DNA of 58,422 bases from positions 1 through 58,422 of the forward strand of contig JBAYFZ010000004.1 in NCBI GenBank assembly GCA_041666915.1. Direction: 5' to 3'. The notes under the pieces are model-generated. The model was not told where the DNA came from. It searched no databases and saw only the letters and a list, made by a program, of their open reading frames with translations. Shown piece after piece: positions 15,977 to 24,226 of the stretch (position 1 is the stretch's first letter; every line of letters begins with the position of its first letter). This stretch comes from Minisyncoccota bacterium (GTDB lineage Bacteria; Patescibacteriota; Minisyncoccia; Phycocordibacterales; PALSA-1337). The position numbers and the translations under genes were made by a program.

Positions 15977-16530
15977 AAAATAAGACTAATGTAGGGAACG
16001 TCATTATCGTCCTTGATAAACCATTAGGACGTGACGATGTTCGCATTCTCCTTGGTCGCAAAGGACCAAGAAAGAAAAGTGATGACAAACGTAAACGTAA
16101 GAGGGTTGGCATTGGCTGTTGGGTACCACCTGGTGGCGGTACTGAAAGTGACGATAAAAGCCAAAAACACTCGGCTCGAAGGGAATTGTTAGAAGAAACA
16201 GGTTTTCTTTTTCCTTTGAAATCTTTCAAGAAAGTTGGTGTTATGAGAGTGTTTCTGTCGGATATTTTGATTTGGGTGGTCCACATTTATTTGGTAGACA
16301 CTACTGACCCCAATCTTGATTATGCAATCGGGGAAGATGACGGAGAATACTTGGATATGCGCTGGTTCAGCCTTGAAAAATTACCTTTTGCAAAAATGTT
16401 GGAAGGTGATGGTGATTGGTTGCCGAGAATAATGAAAGGGGAGAAGTTGTCCATCATCAAAAGGATAAAGAAATCCCCAAATGGTAGTACAAAATGTTCA
16501 GTTGAAATGAAGCCCGTCAATTTCAACTGA
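15973..16530 (+). CDS. Nudix hydrolase
   Basis: Nudix box GGGTESDDKSQKHSARRELLEETGF. The start overlaps the upstream stop (ATGA). Confidence 0.8.
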   Translation: MKNKTNVGNVIIVLDKPLGRDDVRILLGRKGPRKKSDDKRKRKRVGIGCWVPPGGGTESDDKSQKHSARRELLEETGFLFPLKSFKKVGVMRVFLSDILIWVVHIYLVDTTDPNLDYAIGEDDGEYLDMRWFSLEKLPFAKMLEGDGDWLPRIMKGEKLSIIKRIKKSPNGSTKCSVEMKPVNFN

Positions 16531-16547
16531 TTTGACTTCATTAACAC

Positions 16548-16577
16548 AAAGCCGATCAATAGTGGTCGGCTTTTTTA
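16548..16577 (+). terminator. Rho-independent terminator
   Basis: AAAGCCGA / TCGGCTTT stem followed by TTTT. Confidence 0.65.
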
Positions 16578-16727
16578 AATTCTTAATAAATGGCGAAGGT
16601 CGCCGTCGCTCTTGCAGAGCTATGGCGACCAATGGCGGAGAGCTTGGGACGATGTCCGAATAGCTTTAAGTTTAGCATATATACAATAAACCCCCGAGCC
16701 GAATTGCTCGAGGGTGCGTAACATCAT

Positions 16728-17183
16728 TTAGCTTGCGACTGTCTTTTCAAAGACATACGAGGCCGATACTAGTGACTGGCAGTCTTCTTCCAGGCCGTCT
16801 AAGACCTTGAAGAGGCCTTCGACCAAGGGTGGGAGTGAAGTATAGACCGATTCAACAGCCTTCATGTGGATTTCGAGCTGGCTTCTCGAGTCGTATCCAA
16901 GTAAATCCCCCGGATGGCAAAGCTTGATCCAACAGTTGAACGTAACCTCTTTCCCTTTCTTCTCGATTTTCCAGTATCCTAGCGGCGTTGGGATCTGAAA
17001 GCTAGTCTCGTAGAATGTGATGTTTTTTAGGATAAGCCCAGTTAGGGTTCCTATTAGCACGTCAATTTCTTGCCGCATTTTGTTGATGTTTTCTGAGCCC
17101 TGAATCAGCCGACGAGTTTTTTCTGTAGCATTCATGCGTATTCTTTCCCAAAGAACCCTTCCGGGTGCATTGTTTGTGAACAT
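16728..17183 (-). CDS. Hypothetical protein (GC-rich block)
   Basis: A 151-aa ORF followed on the minus strand by the hairpin CCCTCGAGC...GCTCGGGGG plus TTT (about 16691-16716). No family recognised. Confidence 0.5.
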   Translation of the reverse strand: MFTNNAPGRVLWERIRMNATEKTRRLIQGSENINKMRQEIDVLIGTLTGLILKNITFYETSFQIPTPLGYWKIEKKGKEVTFNCWIKLCHPGDLLGYDSRSQLEIHMKAVESVYTSLPPLVEGLFKVLDGLEEDCQSLVSASYVFEKTVAS

Positions 17184-17222
17184 TCCTGTTCATGTTGCTG
17201 CTATCGACTTGGCCACAATGGT

Positions 17223-17273
17223 TTCGTCATAGCAGAGAATTGCTCAAAATGAGTAACTTTCTGCTATGACGAA
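17223..17273. repeat. 14-bp perfect inverted repeat with a 23-nt spacer
   Basis: TTCGTCATAGCAGA (17223-17236) and TCTGCTATGACGAA (17260-17273), 40-90 bp upstream of the gene that starts at 17183. Confidence 0.8.
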
Positions 17274-17444
17274 TCGCAAGTATTTGATTTTAAAGAGCTA
17301 ACTCTCAGGATTCGCAATCTTTCAATTGTAAATCCAGTAAAGTGGAGAATTAGGTTCTCCATTTCCCGTGCTGCACACGACACTCACGCTTTTAGAAAGG
17401 TGACAACGATTGAAGCTTCTGTATTGAAGGTTAGCTCCGTCCTT

Positions 17445-17810
17445 CTACCAAACCTCTGGCCAATCCTCGGGCGGACGCTCAACTATGAAACCAACGGTTT
17501 CAAGCTGCCGTGCCAATCCTTCGAAATAGGTGAAGTCCGAGCAAGGTTGAACTGTGGAATCGGTCATCCTTATTCTCACGCCATCCTGCAATCTGACTTT
17601 TCCTTTTACCCCACTTTGACGCAAGGTATCGAGAATCATCTCTTGCAATGGATCGCGAGAACCGCTCTTAACGTTCAGTATGACCTGACCCCCAATCATT
17701 ATGCTTGCACAGTAATCTTTCCAGGGTTTATCGAATGGCTTTCTGATTCCAAGGAAGATGTCGACTGTGACACCAACCCTCGTTCCAGAGTAAGCCCAGG
17801 TTTCTGTCAT
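17445..17810 (-). CDS. Hypothetical protein (GC-rich block)
   Basis: The minus-strand ORF reads more protein-like than the fully overlapping plus-strand ORF 17400-17855. The ATG at 17810 (MTETWAYSG) is preferred to the TTG at 17870. Confidence 0.4.
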   Translation of the reverse strand: MTETWAYSGTRVGVTVDIFLGIRKPFDKPWKDYCASIMIGGQVILNVKSGSRDPLQEMILDTLRQSGVKGKVRLQDGVRIRMTDSTVQPCSDFTYFEGLARQLETVGFIVERPPEDWPEVW

Positions 17811-18055
17811 TATCACAAATTCCTTGTGCTGGTGCTCAAAGGCGCACCTATTTAAAGCCTTGTAAATCAATGTTCTGACCTAGGTTAAGTCTAGCATATT
17901 ACAATACAAAAGTCAAGCTCTGTCTAGTCTACAGCGTGGCTATGTTAAGCCCTGTTATAGAAGCGGTTTGTTCGCGACAGGCGGTTCAATACTTATTTAA
18001 AAATCAGTATCAGGTGCTCGCTTTGGCACCTAAAAACACTGATTTGAATACGATG

Positions 18056-18142
18056 CGGATGGGGTGAGATTCGAACTCACGGTGCCCTTGCGAGCACGAC
18101 AGTTTTCAAGACTGTTGCCTTAAACCACTCAGCCACCCATCC
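18056..18142 (-). tRNA. tRNA-Ser (anticodon UGA)
   Basis: An 87-nt class II tRNA with a long variable arm: acceptor GGATGGG/CCCATCC, anticodon loop CTTGAAA. Confidence 0.9.
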
Positions 18143-18249
18143 TTTTGTTTTTGTAAAAGCCCTGAGCTTGTCGAAGGGCTTTCCAGCTATATTAAACGAA
18201 AAAGCATTGTTTCGCAATGATTTTACTGATATTGTAATATGACCAAATT

Positions 18250-18639
18250 ATGAAGAACAAACGTATACTCGGTATAGACTATGGATCCAAAAGGATAGGG
18301 TTGGCTCTTTCTGATGAAAATAGACAATTCGCTTTGCCTTTATCAGTTATACAGAACACCCCATTTTATTTTGAAGAGATAGAAAAGATCGCTATTGATA
18401 ATGAAGTCAAAGAGATTGTTATGGGGGAGTCACGAAATTACAAAGGAGAACCAAATGAAATTTTTTTGGATAGTCTTGAGCTAAAAGAAAAATTGGAGAT
18501 GAAAGGTTTCAAGGTCTATTTTGAAGCAGAATTTATGACAAGTATGCAAGCGGAGCGTTTTCAGGGAAAAACAGATTTGTCAGATGCTTCAGCGGCAGCG
18601 CTTATACTTCAAAGTTATTTGGATCGTAGCAAAGAATAA
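18250..18639 (+). CDS. ruvX: Putative pre-16S rRNA nuclease / Holliday junction resolvase-like YqgF
   Basis: ILGIDYGSKRIGLALSD N-terminus and a typical 129-aa size. Confidence 0.85.
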   Translation: MKNKRILGIDYGSKRIGLALSDENRQFALPLSVIQNTPFYFEEIEKIAIDNEVKEIVMGESRNYKGEPNEIFLDSLELKEKLEMKGFKVYFEAEFMTSMQAERFQGKTDLSDASAAALILQSYLDRSKE

Positions 18640-18657
18640 TTAAGATATAATAAAACC

Positions 18658-19077
18658 ATGATTACTTACGAAGAATTCAAAAAAGTTGAGATTAGAGCTG
18701 GAAAAATTATTTCAGCTGAAAAAATTCCCGATACAGATAAACTATTAAAACTAATGGTTGATTTTGGTGAAATGGAAGAAGTTAAGACGGCTCCAGCTGT
18801 AGAAGGTATTGTTGCAAGTATTCCAGCTGTAGAAGGTGCGGTGAAAGTTGTAGAAAAAGTTCCAAAATTTAGGCAGATTGTATCTGGTATTGCTTTGAAA
18901 TTCCCAGATACCGCTAGTTTGGTGGGGAAGACTTGTATGTTTGTCACCAACCTAGAACCACGCACCATAAAAGGATATGAAAGTAACGGTATGATATTTG
19001 CTGTTTCAACTAACGAAGGAGGATTTTCATTATTAGAACCTAATTCCACGATTCCAGCAGGAACTTTGGCAGCATAA
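18658..19077 (+). CDS. tRNA-binding domain protein (CsaA/Trbp111-like)
   Basis: FKKVEIRAGKIISAEKIPDTDKLLKLMVDFG...VTNLEPRTIKGYESNGMIFA. An internal duplicated PAVEG insert is present. Confidence 0.8.
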   Translation: MITYEEFKKVEIRAGKIISAEKIPDTDKLLKLMVDFGEMEEVKTAPAVEGIVASIPAVEGAVKVVEKVPKFRQIVSGIALKFPDTASLVGKTCMFVTNLEPRTIKGYESNGMIFAVSTNEGGFSLLEPNSTIPAGTLAA

Positions 19078-19078
19078 A

Positions 19079-19711
19079 ATGGATTTATCTTATTTTTTTA
19101 ATTTAATAAACCCAGAGACAATAGTGCAAACTTTGGGACTTCTTGGTGTCATCGCTATTATTTTCCTAGAGACAGGCGCTTTCTTTGGCTTCTTTTTTCC
19201 AGGAGATTCTCTTTTGTTTACAGCCGGATTTTTTGCTTCACAAGGATATATTTCTTTTAGTTTACTTTTAATCTGTACTTTCTTGGCTGCTGTAGCTGGA
19301 GATAGTCTGGGATATGCTTTTGGTAAAAAGATCGGCCCAGCTATTTTTACAAAAGATGATTCTATATTTTTTAATAAAAAACATATTGTTAGAGCTGAAG
19401 AATTTTATAAAAAATACGGAAAGAAGACTATTATTTTGGCTAGATTTATGCCTATCATCAGAACTTTTGCACCGATAGTGGCTGGTGTAGGGAAGATGGA
19501 ATACAAGACTTTTCTTGCTTACAACGTTTTAGGAGGATTTCTTTGGACATGGGCAATGCTTTGGCTAGGTTATGGTTTAGGTTCTCTTATTCCAAATCCA
19601 GATCGTTATGTGATACCAGTGGTCGTTATTATCATCATACTTTCAGCGTTACCACCGATTAGGGAAGTGTTGAAAGCGAGGAAAGAGAAAGAGAGAATTT
19701 CTAATTTTTAA
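19079..19711 (+). CDS. DedA-family membrane protein
   Basis: FLETGAFFGFFFPGDSLLFTAG, RFMPIIRTFAPIVAG. Confidence 0.85.
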   Translation: MDLSYFFNLINPETIVQTLGLLGVIAIIFLETGAFFGFFFPGDSLLFTAGFFASQGYISFSLLLICTFLAAVAGDSLGYAFGKKIGPAIFTKDDSIFFNKKHIVRAEEFYKKYGKKTIILARFMPIIRTFAPIVAGVGKMEYKTFLAYNVLGGFLWTWAMLWLGYGLGSLIPNPDRYVIPVVVIIIILSALPPIREVLKARKEKERISNF

Positions 19712-19718
19712 TTGTTGT

Positions 19719-19855
19719 GTCATTCCCGCGAAGGCGGGAATCCAGGATTATTACGAGATAATAGTTTGTTATAATTATTTATAAATGGATTTTTTGGTAA
19801 CCATGGATTCCCGCCTTCGCGGGAATGACAACAAAAAGGTCTTCGCGGGAATGAC
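19719..19855. repeat. MITE-like copy of the 29-bp hairpin repeat plus an extra partial arm
   Basis: Arm 19719-19747, inverted arm 19804-19829, partial arm 19841-19855. Confidence 0.9.
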
Positions 19856-19876
19856 ATGCAGTGCTATAATTAACCC

Positions 19877-20830
19877 ATGCACATGTCGTTGTTCTTCAAG
19901 TTGATACCACCTCCTAAGTTTCTGATGATGAGACACGTAGGTCTAGATATGTCCGACGACGCTATTCGTTGTTTGGAATATTCTGGCCGAGCTCCAAATT
20001 TTAAGATTGCAAAATATACCTCTTTGGAATTACCTAATGGACTAATTGATGGTGGTGATATAAAAGATGAAAAAGCTCTCGGTGATATTCTTCAAAAATT
20101 AGATAAAGAATACAAGCTCTTGTATGCGAAAGTTTCTATTCCAGAAGAAAAGGCTTATCTTTTTCAAACTGATATTTCTACCACTGACCGTGTAGCTATC
20201 GCTCAGAATATTGAATTTAAATTAGAAGAGAATGTTCCTCTACCTGCTTCTGATGCTGTTTTTTATTTTGATATCTTACCTATGTCAGTTACTGGTGGTA
20301 AACTGCGTGCCAGTGTTTCGGTTGTGCCAAAAGTTTATGTAGAAAAAGTAGTTTCTCTTTTGCGTAATGCAGGCATTTCCCCAATGGCTTTTGAAGTAGT
20401 CCCAAAATCTATAGCTAGGACCATTATTCCAGAAACAGAAGATAGTACCGTCATGATTGTTCATATTATGCACAAAAAGACTGGTGTTTATATAGTTTCC
20501 GGAGGAGTAGTCTGTTTTACTTCTACTGTCACTTGGGGTAGTCAAACAGGTGGTAGCATAGCACTTCTTACTGCTGAAATGGAAAAAATCTATGCTTACT
20601 GGGAATCACATGTAACCAAGACGTCAAGAATAGTACGCATTGTTATTGTCGGTAACGGCGCGTCAAAATATGAAGGCGATATAGGTAAGTCTATAAAAGG
20701 TACCGATATTGTTGTTTCTGTAGGAAATGTTTGGACCAACGCTTTTTCGGTTGATAGTTATGTGCCACCGATTTCCAAGGAAGATTCTTTGGATTATTCA
20801 GTTTCTGCTGGTTTGGCTATGGATCTATAA
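19877..20830 (+). CDS. pilM: Type IV pilus assembly protein PilM-like
   Basis: The actin-like N-terminus VGLDMSDDAIRCLEY, the size, and the position upstream of PilN/O-like genes. The true start may be one of the internal Met codons. Confidence 0.6.
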   Translation: MHMSLFFKLIPPPKFLMMRHVGLDMSDDAIRCLEYSGRAPNFKIAKYTSLELPNGLIDGGDIKDEKALGDILQKLDKEYKLLYAKVSIPEEKAYLFQTDISTTDRVAIAQNIEFKLEENVPLPASDAVFYFDILPMSVTGGKLRASVSVVPKVYVEKVVSLLRNAGISPMAFEVVPKSIARTIIPETEDSTVMIVHIMHKKTGVYIVSGGVVCFTSTVTWGSQTGGSIALLTAEMEKIYAYWESHVTKTSRIVRIVIVGNGASKYEGDIGKSIKGTDIVVSVGNVWTNAFSVDSYVPPISKEDSLDYSVSAGLAMDL

Positions 20831-20835
20831 ATTTT

Positions 20836-21378
20836 ATGCGTCATACACTTTTACCATTACAAGAAAGAATCGTACTTCGTAGAGAATATTACAAGCGTAT
20901 TGTACTTGTTTTGAGTCTTACTCTTTCTTTGGCGATTTTCGTCGGTATGGCTTTCCTTGCTCCAACTTTCATCAGAGCTTTGTCTACAGAAAGGGAAGTT
21001 GGTGGTAATACAGCAGATGTTTCAAAAGGATCCAATAATAATGATTTGAAAAATGTTCAACAAAGTTTTGCTCGTTCGTTGGTGATGATGAATTCTCTGA
21101 AGGAGGGACAAGGTTCTCCGAGAATATCCGAGTTGGTGAATGAGGTAGTGGGTATAAGAGAGACAGTTAGGTTCAATTCATTCATTGCTACAAAAGTTTC
21201 TACCACGACATTTACCATGGTGATTCAAGGTGTATCTCCTACACGTAACGCTCTGTTAGCTTTCAAGAGTAATTTTGAGAGTATGGCTGTCGGTAATAAA
21301 GTAGAACTTCCTGTTTCTGAATTGGCAAAGAGTTCTAATATTCAGTTTTCGTTGAAACTTAATAAGAAATTAAAATAA
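20836..21378 (+). CDS. PilN-like bitopic membrane protein
   Basis: LLPLQER motif followed by a single TM helix. Confidence 0.5.
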   Translation: MRHTLLPLQERIVLRREYYKRIVLVLSLTLSLAIFVGMAFLAPTFIRALSTEREVGGNTADVSKGSNNNDLKNVQQSFARSLVMMNSLKEGQGSPRISELVNEVVGIRETVRFNSFIATKVSTTTFTMVIQGVSPTRNALLAFKSNFESMAVGNKVELPVSELAKSSNIQFSLKLNKKLK

Positions 21379-21950
21379 TGAAGAACAGAAGCTCAACAAT
21401 TCTTGCACTCTCATTATCTCTAGTCATTTTTACTGGGGCAGTTTATGGGTATATGTATTATATGGTAGACGTTTTCCTTGATAGGATAGTAGAGGCTCAG
21501 ACTACATCCAACTCTTTGATTCTTACGAAAAGTCAGGAACAAAGTTTTCTTGAATCTTACAAGTCTACGGCTTCAAGGTGGAAGAGTTTACCAAATTATT
21601 TTGTAGACTCTGGTCACGTCGTCAATTTTATTGAAGTAATTGAAGCACTTGGTACAGAATCTGGTAGCAAGGTTTCTATTAGTTCTATAGATTCTGATAA
21701 TTTAGATGGTGCTCCTCTCGGTAAAGAGGGAGTATTGAGTATGCGTATAACTATTCAAGGTTCCTGGTCATCTGTTATGCGAGCATTATCTCTAACAGAA
21801 ACTCTGCCTTATAAAATATCTATAGATGAGATCAAGGCGAACACTTCCAATGAGAGTGGGTCAACTCCAGCTTCAAAGGTTATATGGAATCTATCTTTTA
21901 ATATGAAGATAGCTATGCTTGTAGGATCTTCAACTCCATCGTCAATATAA
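21378..21950 (+). CDS. PilO-like bitopic membrane protein
   Basis: An N-terminal TM helix, the size, and synteny after PilM/N. The start overlaps the upstream stop. Confidence 0.4.
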   Translation: MKNRSSTILALSLSLVIFTGAVYGYMYYMVDVFLDRIVEAQTTSNSLILTKSQEQSFLESYKSTASRWKSLPNYFVDSGHVVNFIEVIEALGTESGSKVSISSIDSDNLDGAPLGKEGVLSMRITIQGSWSSVMRALSLTETLPYKISIDEIKANTSNESGSTPASKVIWNLSFNMKIAMLVGSSTPSSI

Positions 21951-21954
21951 AAAT

Positions 21955-22296
21955 ATGAAGTTTTTTAAATTCAAAAAAATAACAAAAACCGAAGTTCCTG
22001 TGGTCATAGGATCCAGATCGGTATGGCGTCGTATTGGTAAAGACTCTCATGTTGACTGGGCTATCATCGTTGGTATTTCTTTCATAATAATGCTCACCCT
22101 TATATTTTTGAGTTTATCAAAGTATAGATATTTTGATGTGAGTTTAAAAAATAGAATTTCTACTACGAAACCGCAAGATTCATCAATGGTTGATACGCAA
22201 ACATTGGATGGTGTTTTGAAAGTTTTTGAAGAGAAGGCCAATATTAGAGCAGGTTTATTAAAAGGTTACAATGGTCCCGGAGATCCTTCCATTTAG
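21955..22296 (+). CDS. Small single-TM protein in the pil cluster
   Basis: A 113-aa ORF with one TM helix (WAIIVGISFIIMLTLIFL). Confidence 0.4.
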   Translation: MKFFKFKKITKTEVPVVIGSRSVWRRIGKDSHVDWAIIVGISFIIMLTLIFLSLSKYRYFDVSLKNRISTTKPQDSSMVDTQTLDGVLKVFEEKANIRAGLLKGYNGPGDPSI

Positions 22297-22351
22297 TTGA
22301 AAATCTTTTAACCCTTGGTTCTTGTGACTTAATGTGTTATTTTCAATACAA

Positions 22352-22423
22352 CCCCTTGTAGCTCAATGGATAGAGCAGCGGACTTCTAAGCCGTTGATGC
22401 AAGTTCGATTCTTGCCAGGGGGA
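22352..22423 (+). tRNA. tRNA-Arg (anticodon UCU)
   Basis: A 72-nt cloverleaf: acceptor CCCCTTG/CAGGGGG, anticodon loop CTTCTAA, T arm GCAAG-TTCGATT-CTTGC. There is one A-G mismatch at the base of the anticodon stem. Confidence 0.75.
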
Positions 22424-22454
22424 CTCGTCATTTCATATGAACCACCGTCACTTT

Positions 22455-22500
22455 GCGGACATAAAAGCCGTTGATGAAGGTTCGATTCCTTCCGAGGGGA
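22455..22500 (+). pseudogene. tRNA-like 3' half (anticodon arm + T arm + 3' acceptor) with no 5' half
   Basis: GCGGA-CATAAAA-GCCGT TGAT GAAGG-TTCGATT-CCTTC CGAGGGG A parallels tRNA-Arg(UCU) 31 nt upstream. No complementary 5' acceptor strand or D arm was found. Confidence 0.5.
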
Positions 22501-22610
22501 CATATCCAGCTTTTTAATGTAAATATTTTTTGTGCTTGCACTTCGACTTGTCCTTCCGAAACCTTGGTGTAGGAGGAAACAACCCCGTGTGTTACGGGGT
22601 TGTGAAGTAG

Positions 22611-22683
22611 TGCGCCCTGAGGGATTCGAACCCCCGACCTTCGCTGTGTAAAAGCGCTGCTCTACCAACTGAGCTAAGAGCGC
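22611..22683 (-). tRNA. tRNA-Val (anticodon UAC)
   Basis: A 73-nt cloverleaf: acceptor GCGCTCT/AGGGCGC, D arm GCTC-AGTTGGTA-GAGC, anticodon loop TTTACAC. Confidence 0.85.
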
Positions 22684-22734
22684 AGATATGATTTTCTATC
22701 TGCAACTATATTTTTTCAGCTATCTCGCTTATAC

Positions 22735-22758
22735 CTACCAAGACAGCTAAGAGCGCAG
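22735..22758 (-). pseudogene. Duplicated 5' fragment (acceptor + D arm) of tRNA-Val
   Basis: CTACCAAGACAGCTAAGAGCGCAG versus 22662-22685 CTACCAACTGAGCTAAGAGCGCAG (21/24 identical). Confidence 0.6.
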
Positions 22759-22832
22759 GCGTGATTCCTGCTAATCGCGCATAATTTGATCAAATCTTTG
22801 CGCTTGTATACAGATTAGCGTATATTCTAGAT

Positions 22833-23621
22833 ATGAGCAATAAAGCAATAGAAAACATCAAAATTCTCTATGAAGACAAGGATTGCCTTGTTGTAGACAA
22901 ACCACCAGGACTTATGGTGCATTCTGATGGCCGTGCAGAGGGTCCATTCCTCACAGATTGGATAGTAAAGCACTATCCAGAAACTGTCGACGTGGGTGAT
23001 CCTATGACAGATCAAGAAGGCAAGCCTGTAAACCGTGCAGGTATTGTTCACCGACTAGATAGGGAAACTTCTGGTGTTCTTATTATTGCAAAAAATTCAG
23101 AAGGTCATGCCAATTTGAAAAAACAATTTAAAGATAGAACAATTTCAAAAAGATATTTAACTTTTGTTTGGGGAGATATGAAAGAAGAGTTTGGTACCAT
23201 AAATAGACCGATAGGTCGTTGTGGGGGAGACTTCAGAAAATATTCTGCACAGAGAGGTGCTCGTGGAGAAATGAAAACAGCTGAGACATATTGGACCAAG
23301 AAAGGTAATGGCAAGTGGGCAGACCCAAAAAATCCAGATGCAAAAGAAGAGAAGTTCTCATTTGTAGAAGTGGAACCAAAAACAGGTAGGACTCATCAGA
23401 TTAGAGTTCACTTTAATGCGGTGAACCATCCTGTGGTTGCCGATAGCCTATATGCTCCAAAAAGGCCTACAGCTTTGGGTTTTGAACGTCTAGCACTACA
23501 CTCAAGGTCTATTGAGTTTGTAACCATTGAAGGCAAGACGGTCAAAGTGTCCGCACCTTTACCAAAGGACTTTGAAACAGCTTTGAAGGCCTTGGGTATT
23601 GAATCTTTATCGTCCATATGA
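22833..23621 (+). CDS. RluA-family pseudouridine synthase
   Basis: LVVDKPPGLMVH, catalytic HRLDRETSGVLIIAK, and GRTHQIRVH. Confidence 0.85.
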   Translation: MSNKAIENIKILYEDKDCLVVDKPPGLMVHSDGRAEGPFLTDWIVKHYPETVDVGDPMTDQEGKPVNRAGIVHRLDRETSGVLIIAKNSEGHANLKKQFKDRTISKRYLTFVWGDMKEEFGTINRPIGRCGGDFRKYSAQRGARGEMKTAETYWTKKGNGKWADPKNPDAKEEKFSFVEVEPKTGRTHQIRVHFNAVNHPVVADSLYAPKRPTALGFERLALHSRSIEFVTIEGKTVKVSAPLPKDFETALKALGIESLSSI

Positions 23622-23636
23622 TAAGGTAGTTCCACT

Positions 23637-24062
23637 ATGGCAACCAAGGTAATAACAACAGTCAATGTCGCAGAGCGCAGAAAGCAGGCTATTCATCCTG
23701 GAGATACTGTTCGCGTCTGGCAGAAGATTGAAGAAGACAAGGGTAAGTTCCGCTTGCAGGCTTTTGAAGGTATCATCATGTCTCACAAACACGGTCTAGA
23801 AGCTGGCGCAACTTTCACAGTTCGCAAAGTTATTGATGGTGTTGGAGTAGAAAGAACATTTCCATTATATTCTCCAATGATTGATGAGATTGAGACTGTC
23901 AGTCGTTCCAAGGTTCGCCGTTCAAAACTATATTTCATCCGTCGTAAGGCTGCCAAGGAGATTCGTCACAAGATGCGTCGTATCATGACTACTCGCGATT
24001 CAGTTGAAGCAGTTGCTGAGACTACACCCGAAGCGGTGGTAACTCCAGAAGTTTCAAAATAA
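23637..24062 (+). CDS. rplS: 50S ribosomal protein L19 with a C-terminal extension
   Basis: GDTVRVWQKIEEDKGKFRLQAFEGIIMS...RRSKLYFIR. Confidence 0.9.
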   Translation: MATKVITTVNVAERRKQAIHPGDTVRVWQKIEEDKGKFRLQAFEGIIMSHKHGLEAGATFTVRKVIDGVGVERTFPLYSPMIDEIETVSRSKVRRSKLYFIRRKAAKEIRHKMRRIMTTRDSVEAVAETTPEAVVTPEVSK

Positions 24063-24069
24063 TATTTAA

Positions 24070-24097
24070 AAAACATTGCGAAAGCGATGTTTTTTTG
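24070..24097 (+). terminator. Rho-independent terminator
   Basis: ACATTGC-GAAA-GCGATGT stem followed by TTTTTTT. Confidence 0.7.
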
Positions 24098-24137
24098 TTG
24101 ATAATATTCACCCTTTCAGCTATAGTTGTCCCTGTAC

Positions 24138-24221
24138 GCACGGGTGGCGAAATTGGTAGACGCACTACCTTGAGGTGGTAGCGCCCATTAGGGCATGGAG
24201 GTTCGAGTCCTCTCCCGTGCA
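24138..24221 (+). tRNA. tRNA-Leu (anticodon GAG)
   Basis: An 84-nt class II tRNA: acceptor GCACGGG/CCCGTGC, anticodon arm CTACC-TTGAGGT-GGTAG, long variable arm. Confidence 0.9.
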
Positions 24222-24226
24222 CAATA

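Noticed and set aside
17400-17855. A 151-aa plus-strand ORF (GTG start) fully overlapping the minus-strand ORF 17445-17870.
   Set aside because: The region is GC-rich, so long antisense ORFs are expected. The minus-strand product has a more protein-like residue distribution, an ATG with a plausible RBS, and an upstream TTGACT promoter-like box. The choice remains low-confidence.
2243-19855. The 29-bp internally palindromic repeat GTCATTCCCGCGAAGGCGGGAATCCAGGA could be a CRISPR repeat.
   Set aside because: The copies occur as inverted pairs or solo arms scattered over 17 kb, with spacing from 32 to thousands of bp and in both orientations. There is no regular repeat-spacer array and no cas genes are visible. 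A MITE/REP-like family fits better.
22363-22668. A 101-aa minus-strand ORF.
   Set aside because: It runs through tRNA-Arg, the tRNA-like fragment and tRNA-Val, so it is not coding.
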